A stretch of DNA of 64,000 nt from Candidatus Woesearchaeota archaeon (GCA_016932315.1 JAFGDD010000004.1:35457-99456); one strand, 5' to 3'; positions 1 to 10,693 are shown, counted from the stretch's first letter. The notes: generated by a model from the sequence alone, not told the origin. A program made the numbers and translations.

Positions 1-1
1 A

Positions 2-61
2 GCAGGAGCTATGGTTTATCTATCCATAGGCAAATATCCTTGCAAGCCGTTTAGAAGATAA
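2..61 (+). CDS. 3' end of a CDS entering the window (AGAMVYLSIGKYPCKPFRR*), possibly a ZIP-family metal transporter C-terminus
   Basis: The frame is open from base 2 to TAA at 59-61, followed by a T-rich tract. AGAMVY resembles the last helix of ZIP proteins, but the fragment is too short to be sure. Confidence 0.3.
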   Translation, partial: AGAMVYLSIGKYPCKPFRR

Positions 62-122
62 ATCAAAATTATTTTTTCATTTATTTTTTTAAACTTTTCA
101 TAGAATTGCAAACTTGTTTAAT

Positions 123-1250
123 CTATTCCTTCTTCTTTGCTTCTTCTATTGCTTTTTCTGCTCGCTCAATTTTTCTTTTCTTCCTTTCAGCAGCCCTTGC
201 TTTCATGGTTTCGAGCTCATTAGCCACTAGTTCATCGAGTGCGTTGTCGCAGAATTCTACTGCTCCGTCATAATACTGCTTGACAGGGTCCTTGTCGTTG
301 CTTATGAGCACATCAAGAATCTTATAGGCTCCATCAGCATCCCTTGCAAGGTGGATGAGTTGTTTTAGTTCTGACTTGTCAAAAACATCCTTTTCAGATT
401 TGTTGAGCATATCCAACTTGTCTTTTATCTTCCTCAATAATTCTATTGCAAGTATTCTTCTCTTGTCATGAGGCTGGTTCTTTAATTCATTAATCTCATT
501 GTAATGCTCGGCATCTATACGTATCTTCTTCCTTAGATTGTCTGAGCCGCCGTGGTGGGTGCTATAAACCCTGCCGATGACTGCGTTGATGGCTTTGGCT
601 TTGTCTTCTATGCTGCTGACAAAGCTCTTCAATCCTTCATCGTCCAGTCTGACTATGAATTTTTCTTCTACCTTTCCCTCCTTGACTTCTTCCTTCTTCA
701 CAGTCTTTTCTCTTCTAAGAATACTATAATGTATTGTGAGTATAGCCTCAAATAATAAGCCAAAGATTATGTTAACGCTGCTCAATAACTTGTAATCAAT
801 GCCTTCAAGAAGGTGGGCGAGCCCGAGCATGAAGAGTATGCCTGTGAATACAAAGGGAAATATCATTAAGAATCCTGATTCCAAGTGATATTTATCTACC
901 AGAATATAAGTTACTATTATTGTCAGTAAAACAGGAGATAACCCTACTAATGTGTAGAATGGGTCTGAGTTGGTTATTATGCTAAGGAAGACTATGAGCA
1001 CAAACCAGACTACCAAGGCGATTATGCACGTTGCCCTGAGCACTTTGTGAACAGTATCAGACGGTAATCCATGATGTTCTGTCTTTTTCTCGCTAGTTTT
1101 GGTTTCAATAGAAGTCTGAATTCCGCCTAGCTCATGCTCTTCAAAAGCAGGCAATTCATTGTCCTCTGCCTTTAGAAAACCCTCTTCCAGCTTATTCTGC
1201 TTCTTATCATAAGGAACCGGCGGAATAATGACTTCTTCCAACAAATACAC
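123..1250 (-). CDS. Hypothetical membrane protein (about 4 TM helices plus a charged C-terminal domain)
   Basis: 375 aa ORF with four hydrophobic segments at residues ~70-175; no family recognised. Confidence 0.8.
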   Translation of the reverse strand: MYLLEEVIIPPVPYDKKQNKLEEGFLKAEDNELPAFEEHELGGIQTSIETKTSEKKTEHHGLPSDTVHKVLRATCIIALVVWFVLIVFLSIITNSDPFYTLVGLSPVLLTIIVTYILVDKYHLESGFLMIFPFVFTGILFMLGLAHLLEGIDYKLLSSVNIIFGLLFEAILTIHYSILRREKTVKKEEVKEGKVEEKFIVRLDDEGLKSFVSSIEDKAKAINAVIGRVYSTHHGGSDNLRKKIRIDAEHYNEINELKNQPHDKRRILAIELLRKIKDKLDMLNKSEKDVFDKSELKQLIHLARDADGAYKILDVLISNDKDPVKQYYDGAVEFCDNALDELVANELETMKARAAERKKRKIERAEKAIEEAKKKE

Positions 1251-1349
1251 CTCTTTTTAATTGATATTAATAAAAGGGTTATATAAGTTTTATGCTTTTT
1301 TGATAATGTAAGCAAAGATTTTTTAACTCCTCTCGATTCCTAATCATTC

Positions 1350-1874
1350 GTGAAAAAAACTAATATTCCGCTCATCGAGGTAAGGAAGGGCAGCATCACC
1401 ACAGTTCAGGTGGATGCCGTTGTTAATCCTGCGAATAGCTTTGGCTTTATGGGCGGAGGAGTGGCTGGAGTGTTGAAGGCTGTGGGCGGCCAGATCATTG
1501 AGGATGAGGCTGTTAATCAGTCTCCTGTGCAGGTCGGGGAAGCCATTATTACTTCTGCCGGTGACTTGGTCTGCCACAAAATAATCCACGCACCTACCAT
1601 GCACAATCCTGGCGAGAGGACTGATGCTCACAAGGTTTTTTGCGCAGCAAAGGCTGCTTTGGAGCTCGCTGATAATGAAGGCTTCAGGAGCATTGCAATT
1701 CCTGGCATGGGAACAGGAGTTGGAGGCTTAAACAAGCCCGAGGCTGCCAGTGCTATGATGAAAGCAATTAATGATATTAAGTTTCACAACATTGAAAAAA
1801 TCATGTTAATGGACATCGATGATGATATGGTGGATGCTTTTAACAAAGCTTTGATAAAACTCAAAAACAAATAA
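1350..1874 (+). CDS. Macro domain protein (ADP-ribose binding/hydrolase, MacroD-like)
   Basis: Motifs GSIT..VDAVVNPANS..GGGVAG, IIHAPT and SIAIPGMGTGVGG. Confidence 0.95.
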   Translation: MKKTNIPLIEVRKGSITTVQVDAVVNPANSFGFMGGGVAGVLKAVGGQIIEDEAVNQSPVQVGEAIITSAGDLVCHKIIHAPTMHNPGERTDAHKVFCAAKAALELADNEGFRSIAIPGMGTGVGGLNKPEAASAMMKAINDIKFHNIEKIMLMDIDDDMVDAFNKALIKLKNK

Positions 1875-1889
1875 GTAAGGTGAAATCAA

Positions 1890-2720
1890 ATGGGCAGCTG
1901 GTCAAAAGGTATTTTTGGAAAAGAGTACATAGGAAGAACCGGGATTATCGTTGCCGGGACAATCAGCCCGTATTATGAAAAAAATATTCTTAAAATGTTC
2001 GAGAAAGTGCTTGATAAAAAAGACCAGGTTTATCATGCCTATGTTGTAAAAAAAGGAAAGAATATTCACCCGTTGGTTTTTAATGTATTAGGCGCGCCTG
2101 CTGCTATTGACTGCGTCAGCATACTTCATGACGGCGGATGCAGAAATCTTGTTTTCGTAGGATTCGCCTATGGATTCAAGAATAAAGTTGGTGACGCAGT
2201 GGTTCCTAATAAATCATATCATTTTGACGGAATTTATCATGCATTGAAGATAGATAAGGATTTTAGCCTGCCGGATTATGAGTTGAATGAAAAGCTTAAG
2301 CAAATTCTAAGAAAGGAAAAAAATGATTTTTTTGAAGGCATAAATATAAGTGTGCCCTCTGTCACGCTTCAGCCAAAACACAAAAATAAGGATTATGAAA
2401 GAATAAAACCCACTACCTTGGAAATGGAGTATGCTGCTTTTCTTTCGTGGACCCGAGAAATTGGGATTAGAAGCGCAGGGGTCATGATTATCAGCGACAC
2501 CAAGAATGACAGTATTGGCGACGAAGGCAGAAGAAAAATTCGAAGGGAGAAAAGGGAAAGCGTTATTGCATCCATTGTAAAGAACATTTCTGATTTTGAT
2601 TTAAAACCTCTTAAAAACTCAGAGAAATTTAGTTTGGACCAATGCCTTGCAGAAATAGTTGAAATTGATGATAAAACACTAAGCATTTACAGAAGGAATG
2701 ATAAAAAATTAAAATCCTAG
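1890..2720 (+). CDS. Nucleoside phosphorylase family protein (PNP/UDP-type), divergent
   Basis: Motifs LGAPAA, VFVGFAYG..VGDAVVP, LEMEYAA and MIISD; AGGTGA RBS upstream. Confidence 0.75.
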   Translation: MGSWSKGIFGKEYIGRTGIIVAGTISPYYEKNILKMFEKVLDKKDQVYHAYVVKKGKNIHPLVFNVLGAPAAIDCVSILHDGGCRNLVFVGFAYGFKNKVGDAVVPNKSYHFDGIYHALKIDKDFSLPDYELNEKLKQILRKEKNDFFEGINISVPSVTLQPKHKNKDYERIKPTTLEMEYAAFLSWTREIGIRSAGVMIISDTKNDSIGDEGRRKIRREKRESVIASIVKNISDFDLKPLKNSEKFSLDQCLAEIVEIDDKTLSIYRRNDKKLKS

Positions 2721-3932
2721 CGCCTCGTCAGCTTCCTTTTTCATCCTGGCCTCGTACTCGTACTTCTTTTCTCCTTCTTTCTGCTCCTCGCTCATTAATT
2801 GGATGAGTTTTTTTATTGTGCACTCTTCTTTTTCTGAAAGGAATACGGGTGCTCTGCCAAGGTGCTTCTTGATAAGCTCTTCTTCCAGCTGCTCTGCTGA
2901 GCCAGAGCTGACATTCACTTCCTCCATTTCCTTTGATGAAAGCTGGGATGTGTTTCTCATGACAAAATATGTTGACTTGTTGTATAATTCCCTAAAAAAA
3001 TTCTTGAAATCAATATCGCTAGGCTTGCCACTCTTAAGCTTTCCGCCGACTTTTAAGAGAACAATGGTGTGGTTGAATTCTTTCTGTTGAATCTTTGCTT
3101 CAAGCTCATGGTTTATTACTTCAGGCGTCTTGTTGTCTGCGCTTACCTCAATCTTGTAGGTGTTCTTGATATTAAGAGGTATAAATTCTAATTTGTTCTT
3201 GCCCGTCTGGTTTGTATCATCATAAACATAGAATCCTCCTCTGCCAAGCTTCCATAACTCTGCAAAATTAGCAGGGAACACAGGACCAGGATAGACGAGG
3301 TTATGATAATCCTCAATATCCTTGTGCTCTACAATATGAACGTGTCCGCCTGCGTAATAATCAAATCCTCTGGGCATCTCTGACGCAGGCATTGACTCCA
3401 TCTTCTCCATTTCTTCTGGCTTAAGCTCATCAAGCGATGTGTGGAACATGAAAATCTTGAAACCCTGCTCTTCTTCCAAAGGCTTGACGTCAAGAAGCTC
3501 AAAATCCTTTTTCTCCAAGCTACCCCTTTTTCCTCTCACACCTGTAATCTTTGCTCCTGTCTTCTTATCAACAGTAAACATTAGCCTGAGCTTGTTGCCA
3601 ATAACCTCACCCTGCATGACATTCACGAGAAGCTCTGCTTCTTCGAGAACATCGATAATAGTCCTCCCGCCAGGGCTATAGTCATGGCTTCCCGGAACAA
3701 CATAAACAGGGATGTTCTGCTTCCTCAGCCTCTTAAGCAATCCTACTGTCTGCTTCAAATGCTCCAAAGAAGGCATTGGTGTGTTGAACAAATCGCCGGC
3801 AATCAGGACAAAATCAACATTCTTCTCAAGAATCATGTGGATGGCGCGCCTAAAAGCCTCAAGGTTCATGTTCTTAAGCGCAGGATCCCTCCATGCTCCA
3901 ATGTGCACGTCTGCCAAGTGGGCGAATCTCAT
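2709..3932 (-). CDS. mre11: Mre11/SbcD DNA double-strand break repair nuclease
   Basis: Phosphoesterase motifs ADVHIG, AGDLF, PGSHD, FH and GGHVH. The start is placed at MRFAHLAD (3932) rather than the longer ORF start. Confidence 0.92.
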   Translation of the reverse strand: MRFAHLADVHIGAWRDPALKNMNLEAFRRAIHMILEKNVDFVLIAGDLFNTPMPSLEHLKQTVGLLKRLRKQNIPVYVVPGSHDYSPGGRTIIDVLEEAELLVNVMQGEVIGNKLRLMFTVDKKTGAKITGVRGKRGSLEKKDFELLDVKPLEEEQGFKIFMFHTSLDELKPEEMEKMESMPASEMPRGFDYYAGGHVHIVEHKDIEDYHNLVYPGPVFPANFAELWKLGRGGFYVYDDTNQTGKNKLEFIPLNIKNTYKIEVSADNKTPEVINHELEAKIQQKEFNHTIVLLKVGGKLKSGKPSDIDFKNFFRELYNKSTYFVMRNTSQLSSKEMEEVNVSSGSAEQLEEELIKKHLGRAPVFLSEKEECTIKKLIQLMSEEQKEGEKKYEYEARMKKEADEALGF

Positions 3933-4021
3933 GAAATGAAGGAGTTTTATTGTTCTTATAAAGGTTGTTAAAAGCAAAAAAGAATTAACCTGATTAAAAC
4001 ATTCATTAAGAGAATTTGGGC

Positions 4022-4372
4022 TCATATTTTAGCGCATATTGCATTAATCATTTCTTCAGCCGATAGTATTTTGTGTCTATCGTTTCTGCATTGATTCAGT
4101 GTTTGGATTGCCTGTCTAAACTGTTCATCAAATTGAGCCAATACGCGTTTATCACAACTATGATATAAGCTCTCCAATGCGTGCAACAAAGCCTCATAAC
4201 GTTTCTTAGCGCTTTCTGCTTGAGCCTTGGATTCTTGGCTTTTAATCGAAGCAGGATTTTTTTCTGGGTAAATCTTTATAGTGCGGTTATAATCTTTTAT
4301 TCTTTTTGATTCTAAGTCTATCAATGAAGCCAACATATCCTGAGTTTTACCTAATAAAGACACTCTTGCCAC
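4022..4372 (-). CDS. Hypothetical helical protein
   Basis: 116 aa ORF filling the gap, with a TATA-like TTTAAATA upstream. Confidence 0.6.
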   Translation of the reverse strand: MARVSLLGKTQDMLASLIDLESKRIKDYNRTIKIYPEKNPASIKSQESKAQAESAKKRYEALLHALESLYHSCDKRVLAQFDEQFRQAIQTLNQCRNDRHKILSAEEMINAICAKI

Positions 4373-4488
4373 CTTAAAATTAAAACAATAGCTTTTACAA
4401 AGATTATTATATTTAAAGCTTTTCTTTCCATAACCAAAAACATTTAAACCATTGCATTCATAAGGCTCTTTGCAAAGGAGGGTTTAAT

Positions 4489-5349
4489 ATGAGGCACAAG
4501 ATTATTGCTCTTTACAAGAAGGCTGACAAGGGAAAATATGCTATAGGCGCTTTTAATTTTTCGACTAATGAGATTCTTAAGGGAATATTCGATTCTGCAT
4601 TCAAATTGAAGGCTCCGGTGATTATTGCAACGAGCCAGGGCGAAAGGAATTTCTTTGGCTGCGAAGAAAGCGTGGCTGTCTACAAGGCTCTTTACAGGAA
4701 ATACCCAAACATCATTCTGCACGCTGATCACACCAAGTCTTTTGAGGAGATAAAAAAGATAGTTGATGCAGGCTATCCTTCTGTGCATTTTGATGGCTCT
4801 GAACTGGATTTTGAGACCAATTTGAGAGAGACCAAGAAGGCTGTTAAATATGCTCACAGGCACGGAGTGTTTATAGAAGGAGAGCTTGGCGGAATAAAAG
4901 GGGGCTCAACCACGCATAAGGATAAAAGTTTGAAAGATGTTTTGACTGCAGATATACTAACCAATCCTGAACAGGCGGTTGAGTTCGTTAAGAAGACAAA
5001 AGTGGATTCACTGGCTATTAGCGTGGGCAATGCCCATGGCTTGTGGAAGGATTATAAGGCTCTTGATTTTGATAGGATTAAGAAGATAAAGGATAGCACC
5101 CGCAAGTTCCTTGTATTGCACGGAGGCTCTGGGATTACTCCAGAGGATTTCAGGAAAGCAATAAGCCTCGGAATTAATAAGATAAACATCAATACAGAGA
5201 ACAGGATTGCTTTTGTCAATGCGCTAGCCAAGGGATTAAAGGAGAGAAAGGATGATGTTCCTTACAATTATTTGAAGGATGTCAGTGCTGCAATATCAGC
5301 AGTTGTTGATGATAAGATAAAGACTTTCATTTCTGATGGTAAGGTTTGA
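4489..5349 (+). CDS. fba: Class II fructose-bisphosphate aldolase
   Basis: Motifs YAIGAFN, LHADH, EGELG, GNAHG, VLHGGSG and KININT; GGAGG RBS. Confidence 0.95.
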   Translation: MRHKIIALYKKADKGKYAIGAFNFSTNEILKGIFDSAFKLKAPVIIATSQGERNFFGCEESVAVYKALYRKYPNIILHADHTKSFEEIKKIVDAGYPSVHFDGSELDFETNLRETKKAVKYAHRHGVFIEGELGGIKGGSTTHKDKSLKDVLTADILTNPEQAVEFVKKTKVDSLAISVGNAHGLWKDYKALDFDRIKKIKDSTRKFLVLHGGSGITPEDFRKAISLGINKININTENRIAFVNALAKGLKERKDDVPYNYLKDVSAAISAVVDDKIKTFISDGKV

Positions 5350-5359
5350 AAAAAATAAA

Positions 5360-6235
5360 ATGACTCTGGTAATTGGAATTGATTTGGGCGGCAGCAAGAT
5401 TAAGGGTATTCTTGTTGATGAGAAAGGCAATGTTATGAACAACTATGAGCGACTGACAGAATCAGATAATCCGAGAAAAGAAATCCTTGCCAACATATTT
5501 GAGGTCATTGACAAGCTAATGGTGCATGGCGTTGAGGCAGTTGGGTTTTCGACGCCCGGGTTTGAGCTGCCTAATGGCAAGATGACTTGCATGCCTAATA
5601 TCAAGAAGCTCGAAGGAGTTAAGCTCAGGAAGGAATTAGAGAAGAAAACCAAACTGAGTGTTTTTCTTGAGAATGACGCCAACTGCTTTGCCCTTGCAGA
5701 GCAGAGACAGGGTGCTGCAAAGGGTTGCAAAAATGTTATTGGAGTGATAATCGGCACTGGAGTGGGCGGCGGCATTATTATTGAGAGGAAGATTTATCGC
5801 GGTGCAGTTGGCGGAGCAGGAGAAATAGGGCACACAAAATTATTAGTTAACAATAATAACAATAACAGCGAATTAAAGGAAATCGAAGAATTAATCTCTG
5901 GTCCTGACCTCATTCAGAGATACGAGCTTCTTAGTGGAAAAAGAGCAGATAGCCCTGCTGTCTTGCTTGACAAGAAGGATGAGTTCGCAAGAAAAGTTTA
6001 TGATGAGTTTGTCTTTTACACTGGCGTGTTTTTTGCAAACCTTATCAACACATTCAATCCTGATATGATTGTTGTGGGTGGCGGAGTGAGCAACCTTCCA
6101 TTTTACAAGGAAGTTGAAAAGATTGCTAAAAAATATGCTCATCCAGAGCTTGGCAGGGTTTGCCGGATTGTGAAGAACAAGCTAGGCGATGATTCTGGCA
6201 CAATAGGTGCTGCTGAACTGGCTTTGGACCATTAA
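5360..6235 (+). CDS. ROK family sugar kinase (glucokinase-like)
   Basis: Motifs GIDLGGS, ENDANCFALAE, IGTGVGGG, GEIGH and GGGVS. An alternative start lies at 5336. Confidence 0.93.
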   Translation: MTLVIGIDLGGSKIKGILVDEKGNVMNNYERLTESDNPRKEILANIFEVIDKLMVHGVEAVGFSTPGFELPNGKMTCMPNIKKLEGVKLRKELEKKTKLSVFLENDANCFALAEQRQGAAKGCKNVIGVIIGTGVGGGIIIERKIYRGAVGGAGEIGHTKLLVNNNNNNSELKEIEELISGPDLIQRYELLSGKRADSPAVLLDKKDEFARKVYDEFVFYTGVFFANLINTFNPDMIVVGGGVSNLPFYKEVEKIAKKYAHPELGRVCRIVKNKLGDDSGTIGAAELALDH

Positions 6236-6388
6236 ATTTTTGATTGTCGTTAAACATTTAGAAAAACATATAAAAGACTTCTAATATAAGTTGATTATAT
6301 TGTAGGATTAGAATTTTGATAGTTGGAATTATAGAAATTATAGGAATTGTGAAACTTATTAACTGATTATGATTTGGGTGAGTAAGAG

Positions 6389-8254
6389 GTGGACTGGTTA
6401 ACAACTGCAGCAAATTTTTTTCTTGAGCCTAATTGGCTTTATGAAGTTAATCTTATATTCATATTCATCCTCCTCTATCTTATCAGGCCTAAGCCAAAGC
6501 AAAAGGTTATTCCTTCTCTAATGTTCTTGTTTAAGGACTTGGGCAGGGATAAGAAGATGACTTTTTTCAGGAAGCTGGTGCAAAACCTGTTATTCTGGCT
6601 ACAATTCTTTGCCTTATTGCTCTTATTGCTGGCTGCTGCAAAGCCTTATGTGAGCGTAGCCAAGGAATCATTGTTCAAGAACACAGTAATAGTACTTGAT
6701 GTTAGCTCTAGCATGAAAGCAGATTACAAGGGAGAAACTCGGTTTGAGGATGCTGTTGAGATTGCCAAGAAAAATCTTGGCGTAATTAACACATTGGTGC
6801 TTGCAAAGAAGACTCCTGAGGTAGTGCTGATTGAGGAGAGCAGCAGCAAGGTGCGTGATTATCTTAACAAGCTAAAAGCCGCAGACACCCCTACCAACCT
6901 GTATGAAGCTATAAGCACTGCCGGCAGCTATGCAAGGAGCGAGGCTCGCGTGGTTGTAATCAGTGACTTCATTGACACAGAAACAGATACGGGGTTGAAC
7001 ACTGCAAAGAAGACTCTTGAAGCCCAGGGAATTAAAGTTGATTTCATCAAGGTTTTTGAGCCTGTGCCTAACATAGGCATTGTTGATCTGGTGATTGATA
7101 ATGAAAAAACCAGTGCAGTAGTCAGGAATTATAATGCAGAGCAGGTAAGCATCAGTATAAAAGTTAATTCATTGGAAGAATCACTAACCATCCCTCCAGA
7201 TTCCCAGGAATTATTCACCTTCTCAACACCGCCTGGCACGAGCAAGATAGAGCTTGAATTAAAAGGGATAAAAGATGGTTTCAAAGCAGACAATGTTGCC
7301 TATCTCAGCACGCCTAGTGACGTAAAGAAAAAGGTACTGCTCATCACCAATAACCCTAATTATCAGAAAACTTACCTGTTTAATGCTTTTGACGTCATGA
7401 AGAAGGTGGAAATTGAAACCGCTATTCCTCCTAAGATTCCTGACCTGAAGAATTATGATGTTTTCATATTCAAGGATATTAACCCTAATCTTATACTGCC
7501 AGGCACATTTACAGGCGTAAAAAAAGAGGTTGAGGAGAAGGGCAAAGCATCCATAATTGCTGCACAGACTGACTTGCTGAGCGTGAATTATTACAGCTTA
7601 ACGCCAATCTGGGCTAATGAAACTAAGGCCTTATCTACTAACATCATCACTGGCAGCAGCGAAAGCCTGACATCAAACATAGAGTTTGGGATTACCAAGA
7701 AGTATTTCAGCATTCATCCTAATTACGGAATAAACCTTATCATAATAGCAGCAGCAGAGGATAACACCCCTATCATAACATTCAATGCCCTTGGCAACGG
7801 CAAGCTCTTCTTTTATGGCATACTTGATGAGGACAAGCAGGCAGACACAATATTTGCAAAGAGTCCTGCTTATTTTGTTTTCTGGAAGAGGGTAGTGGAT
7901 TTCGCAACCAACACTCCATCTATCAAAAACCTAAACTATAAGACAGGAAGCGCTCTTCACTTCAGCGAGGAACAAAACATACAGACTCCTGATGGGAGAA
8001 TAACCACCAAAAGCTTAAGCCTTGATGATGCAGGGCTTTACACTTTGAATGATAGGACTATAGCAATTAACCTTCTTGATGACAAGGAATCTGATGTAAG
8101 TAAAGAGGCAAAGCTTGACCAGGCAGGATTTAGCCAATCAAGCGAAAGGTTCAAGGAAAAAGTGCCTTATGAGCTCACAGATTATTTTATAATACTCAGT
8201 ATCATACTCTTATTCGCAGAATTCATTTATATAAAATTCAGGGGTGACGTGTAA
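6389..8254 (+). CDS. BatA-domain / vWA membrane protein
   Basis: N-terminal LLYLIRPKP..IPSLMFL (BatA-like), MIDAS VLDVSSSM and VISDF, C-terminal TM helix. Confidence 0.88.
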   Translation: MDWLTTAANFFLEPNWLYEVNLIFIFILLYLIRPKPKQKVIPSLMFLFKDLGRDKKMTFFRKLVQNLLFWLQFFALLLLLLAAAKPYVSVAKESLFKNTVIVLDVSSSMKADYKGETRFEDAVEIAKKNLGVINTLVLAKKTPEVVLIEESSSKVRDYLNKLKAADTPTNLYEAISTAGSYARSEARVVVISDFIDTETDTGLNTAKKTLEAQGIKVDFIKVFEPVPNIGIVDLVIDNEKTSAVVRNYNAEQVSISIKVNSLEESLTIPPDSQELFTFSTPPGTSKIELELKGIKDGFKADNVAYLSTPSDVKKKVLLITNNPNYQKTYLFNAFDVMKKVEIETAIPPKIPDLKNYDVFIFKDINPNLILPGTFTGVKKEVEEKGKASIIAAQTDLLSVNYYSLTPIWANETKALSTNIITGSSESLTSNIEFGITKKYFSIHPNYGINLIIIAAAEDNTPIITFNALGNGKLFFYGILDEDKQADTIFAKSPAYFVFWKRVVDFATNTPSIKNLNYKTGSALHFSEEQNIQTPDGRITTKSLSLDDAGLYTLNDRTIAINLLDDKESDVSKEAKLDQAGFSQSSERFKEKVPYELTDYFIILSIILLFAEFIYIKFRGDV

Positions 8255-10693
8255 TTGATTAGCAACCTACTCAGACCAGGAGCACTCGTCTGGCTCATAC
8301 CGGTAATTCTCCTGTTCTTATTCTTGCTTTTCAGGAATTTTATCCCTGATGTTTTCGGCGATAAAAAGGAAAAAAAGAGGTTCAAGCTCATAATCATGGT
8401 TTCAAGGCTTCTCATCTTTACCTTGCTCATAATAGCACTAGCCAAGCCTTTTGGTGAGGTCAGAACAACCACGCCTGGCAATCCAAAGCTCACCATCCTT
8501 GTGGACAATACCACCTCCATGAATGTTATGAATACTGATTTCATAGCTGAGCTCATGGAAAACTTGGAACAGGAAGTGCCTGTGAGCGTCAAAACTCTTA
8601 GTTCTGGCTCGCGCTCAAGCCTTGGCGATGACATACTAACGCACCTGGAAAAAGATACCAACTTATTGCTAATCACGGACGGGAATGTGAATGAGGGCAC
8701 TGAATTAGGGGATGTGGCTCTCCTCGCGGCTAATCTAAACAGCACTATAAGCGCTGTTGAGCTCGATGACAAAGAATTAGAGGCAAGCGTGTACATTACT
8801 GGTCCGGAGACAGTGGTGGCTGGAGTTGAAAATTCTTTTGACGTCCACGTTATTAGCCTTAACAATCAGCAAGCACACCTAAAAGTAAGTGTGGGCAATG
8901 AGATTGTTGTGAATGAGTTTGCTGCAAAAGAGGTTTATTCATTCCAGAAAAAATTCAGTCAAGGAGACCACACAATAATAGCAGAGGTAAGCGCTTCAAA
9001 GGATTATTTCAACCAGAATAATGTGTTTTACAAGGTTGTTAGCGTGGTGAAAAAACCCAAGATTCTTCTGGTGTCAAATGCAGCAGACCCAATAGAACAA
9101 ATACTTTATGAACTTTATGATGTGACAAAACTCAGCTATATTCCTGATAATGTTAATGATTATTATGCAATTATACTTAATGACGTGCCGGGCAATGTGC
9201 AGGGAGCAGACAAGCTTTCTGATTATCTGGTAGACAAGGAAGGAGGCTATTATGGCAATGGATTATTCGCCATCGGAGGGTTTGACAGCTTTGACAGAGG
9301 GAATTACAAGGGTTCATTGCTTGAATCATATCTCCCTGTAACTGTGGGCAAGGCTGCTAGGAACAGGGGCAGCAGCAACATTGTGTTAACGATTGACTTC
9401 TCAGGCACCACTGGAGTGATTTATGAATGCAGAAAACCAGATGGCAAGTGCAGCAGCGGAGAATGGACAAGGGTAACCTCAAATATTCAGGACGTCAACA
9501 AGGCCCTTGCAGTGAGCGTGATTAACAGCCTCGGTCCGGATAATGGTGTCGGAGCTACTATTTTCAGCGACAAGAGCGCTACTGTGAACGAGATCCAGCC
9601 ATTATTCCTTATAAAGAAAGATTTGATTGACAAAATTTCAAGAATTAATCAGACTGCAGGCCAATCATACTTCTACGTTGGCTTGAGCGGAGCATATTCA
9701 TTGCTAAAGGACAAGCCAGGCACCACCAATAATATTATTATAATAACTGATGGACAGACAGGAAGCAGCACAGTAATACAGCAAACCTTGGACACTGCAA
9801 AGACTATTAATGCTCGAGGTGTCAAGATTTATGTTGTTGGCACTGGAAGGAATGTGAATGAGGCATTCCTGAAAAACATTGCTTATAATGGCGGAGGCAT
9901 TTATTTCCCTGCTAACCAGGAGAATAAGCTTAAGATATTGTTCGGTGAACCTGAGGAGAGCAAGTTTGGGGAGCTCTTTGATTTGTTCATCATAAACCCT
10001 TACCATTTCATAACTCAGGGATTAGAGCTTGATGCTAGTCTTTACGGCTTTAACCAAGTGATTCCTAAAAGCAGCGCCCAACTTCTAGTCACAACTCAGC
10101 ACGGAGAACCTGCCCTTACGGTCTGGAATTATGGTCTGGGAAGAGTTGCCAGCCTGAATGTTTTCAGCGGCAATAATAATCTTGGAGACTTGCTTAACAA
10201 AAAGAATTCTGTGCTGCTCACCAGGATTACTAACTGGGTTATTGGCGACCCTCAGAGAAAAGAGCCTTATTATGTCATAATATCTGATACAAGAATTAAT
10301 GCTCCTTCAGAAATCATTGTTAAGAGCGACAAGTATCCGAGCGCTGAAGGGCTTACCTTTACCAGGACTGGCGAGAACCAGTACCAATCAGATTTCATTC
10401 CTACAGCCACTGGCTTTAATCAGGTGCTTGGCAAGAGCTTTGCTGTTAATTATGAGAAAGAATATCAGCAGTTAGGGCTTAATCCTGGATTGGAGAGCGT
10501 GGTGGCTCAGAGTGGAGGAAAACTTTTTAAGCCGACAGACTCCAAGGGCATTGCTAATTTTGTAAAGAGCATTTCCAAGAGGAGCAAAGTTGAGAGAACC
10601 ACTATTCTCTGGCCTTTCCTGCTCGCTGCAGCCATAATATTTTTAATAGAAATCACCATCAGAAAGATTAGAGAGAGAAGATTGAATTCATAA
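8255..10693 (+). CDS. Membrane-anchored double-vWA protein with a glutamine-amidotransferase-like middle domain
   Basis: VDNTTSM/LITDGN and IDFSGT/IITDGQ motifs, GGFDSF and YGLGRVA segments, N- and C-terminal TM helices. Confidence 0.82.
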   Translation: MISNLLRPGALVWLIPVILLFLFLLFRNFIPDVFGDKKEKKRFKLIIMVSRLLIFTLLIIALAKPFGEVRTTTPGNPKLTILVDNTTSMNVMNTDFIAELMENLEQEVPVSVKTLSSGSRSSLGDDILTHLEKDTNLLLITDGNVNEGTELGDVALLAANLNSTISAVELDDKELEASVYITGPETVVAGVENSFDVHVISLNNQQAHLKVSVGNEIVVNEFAAKEVYSFQKKFSQGDHTIIAEVSASKDYFNQNNVFYKVVSVVKKPKILLVSNAADPIEQILYELYDVTKLSYIPDNVNDYYAIILNDVPGNVQGADKLSDYLVDKEGGYYGNGLFAIGGFDSFDRGNYKGSLLESYLPVTVGKAARNRGSSNIVLTIDFSGTTGVIYECRKPDGKCSSGEWTRVTSNIQDVNKALAVSVINSLGPDNGVGATIFSDKSATVNEIQPLFLIKKDLIDKISRINQTAGQSYFYVGLSGAYSLLKDKPGTTNNIIIITDGQTGSSTVIQQTLDTAKTINARGVKIYVVGTGRNVNEAFLKNIAYNGGGIYFPANQENKLKILFGEPEESKFGELFDLFIINPYHFITQGLELDASLYGFNQVIPKSSAQLLVTTQHGEPALTVWNYGLGRVASLNVFSGNNNLGDLLNKKNSVLLTRITNWVIGDPQRKEPYYVIISDTRINAPSEIIVKSDKYPSAEGLTFTRTGENQYQSDFIPTATGFNQVLGKSFAVNYEKEYQQLGLNPGLESVVAQSGGKLFKPTDSKGIANFVKSISKRSKVERTTILWPFLLAAAIIFLIEITIRKIRERRLNS

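Noticed and set aside
3933-4025. N-terminal extensions in the ORF track (mre11; similarly hydA 28668-28712, thioredoxin-fold gene 33930-34088, yjbQ 37106-37189)
   Set aside because: They run through promoter-like AT-rich DNA or neighbouring genes. Family N-termini and RBS/TATA positions favour the downstream starts.
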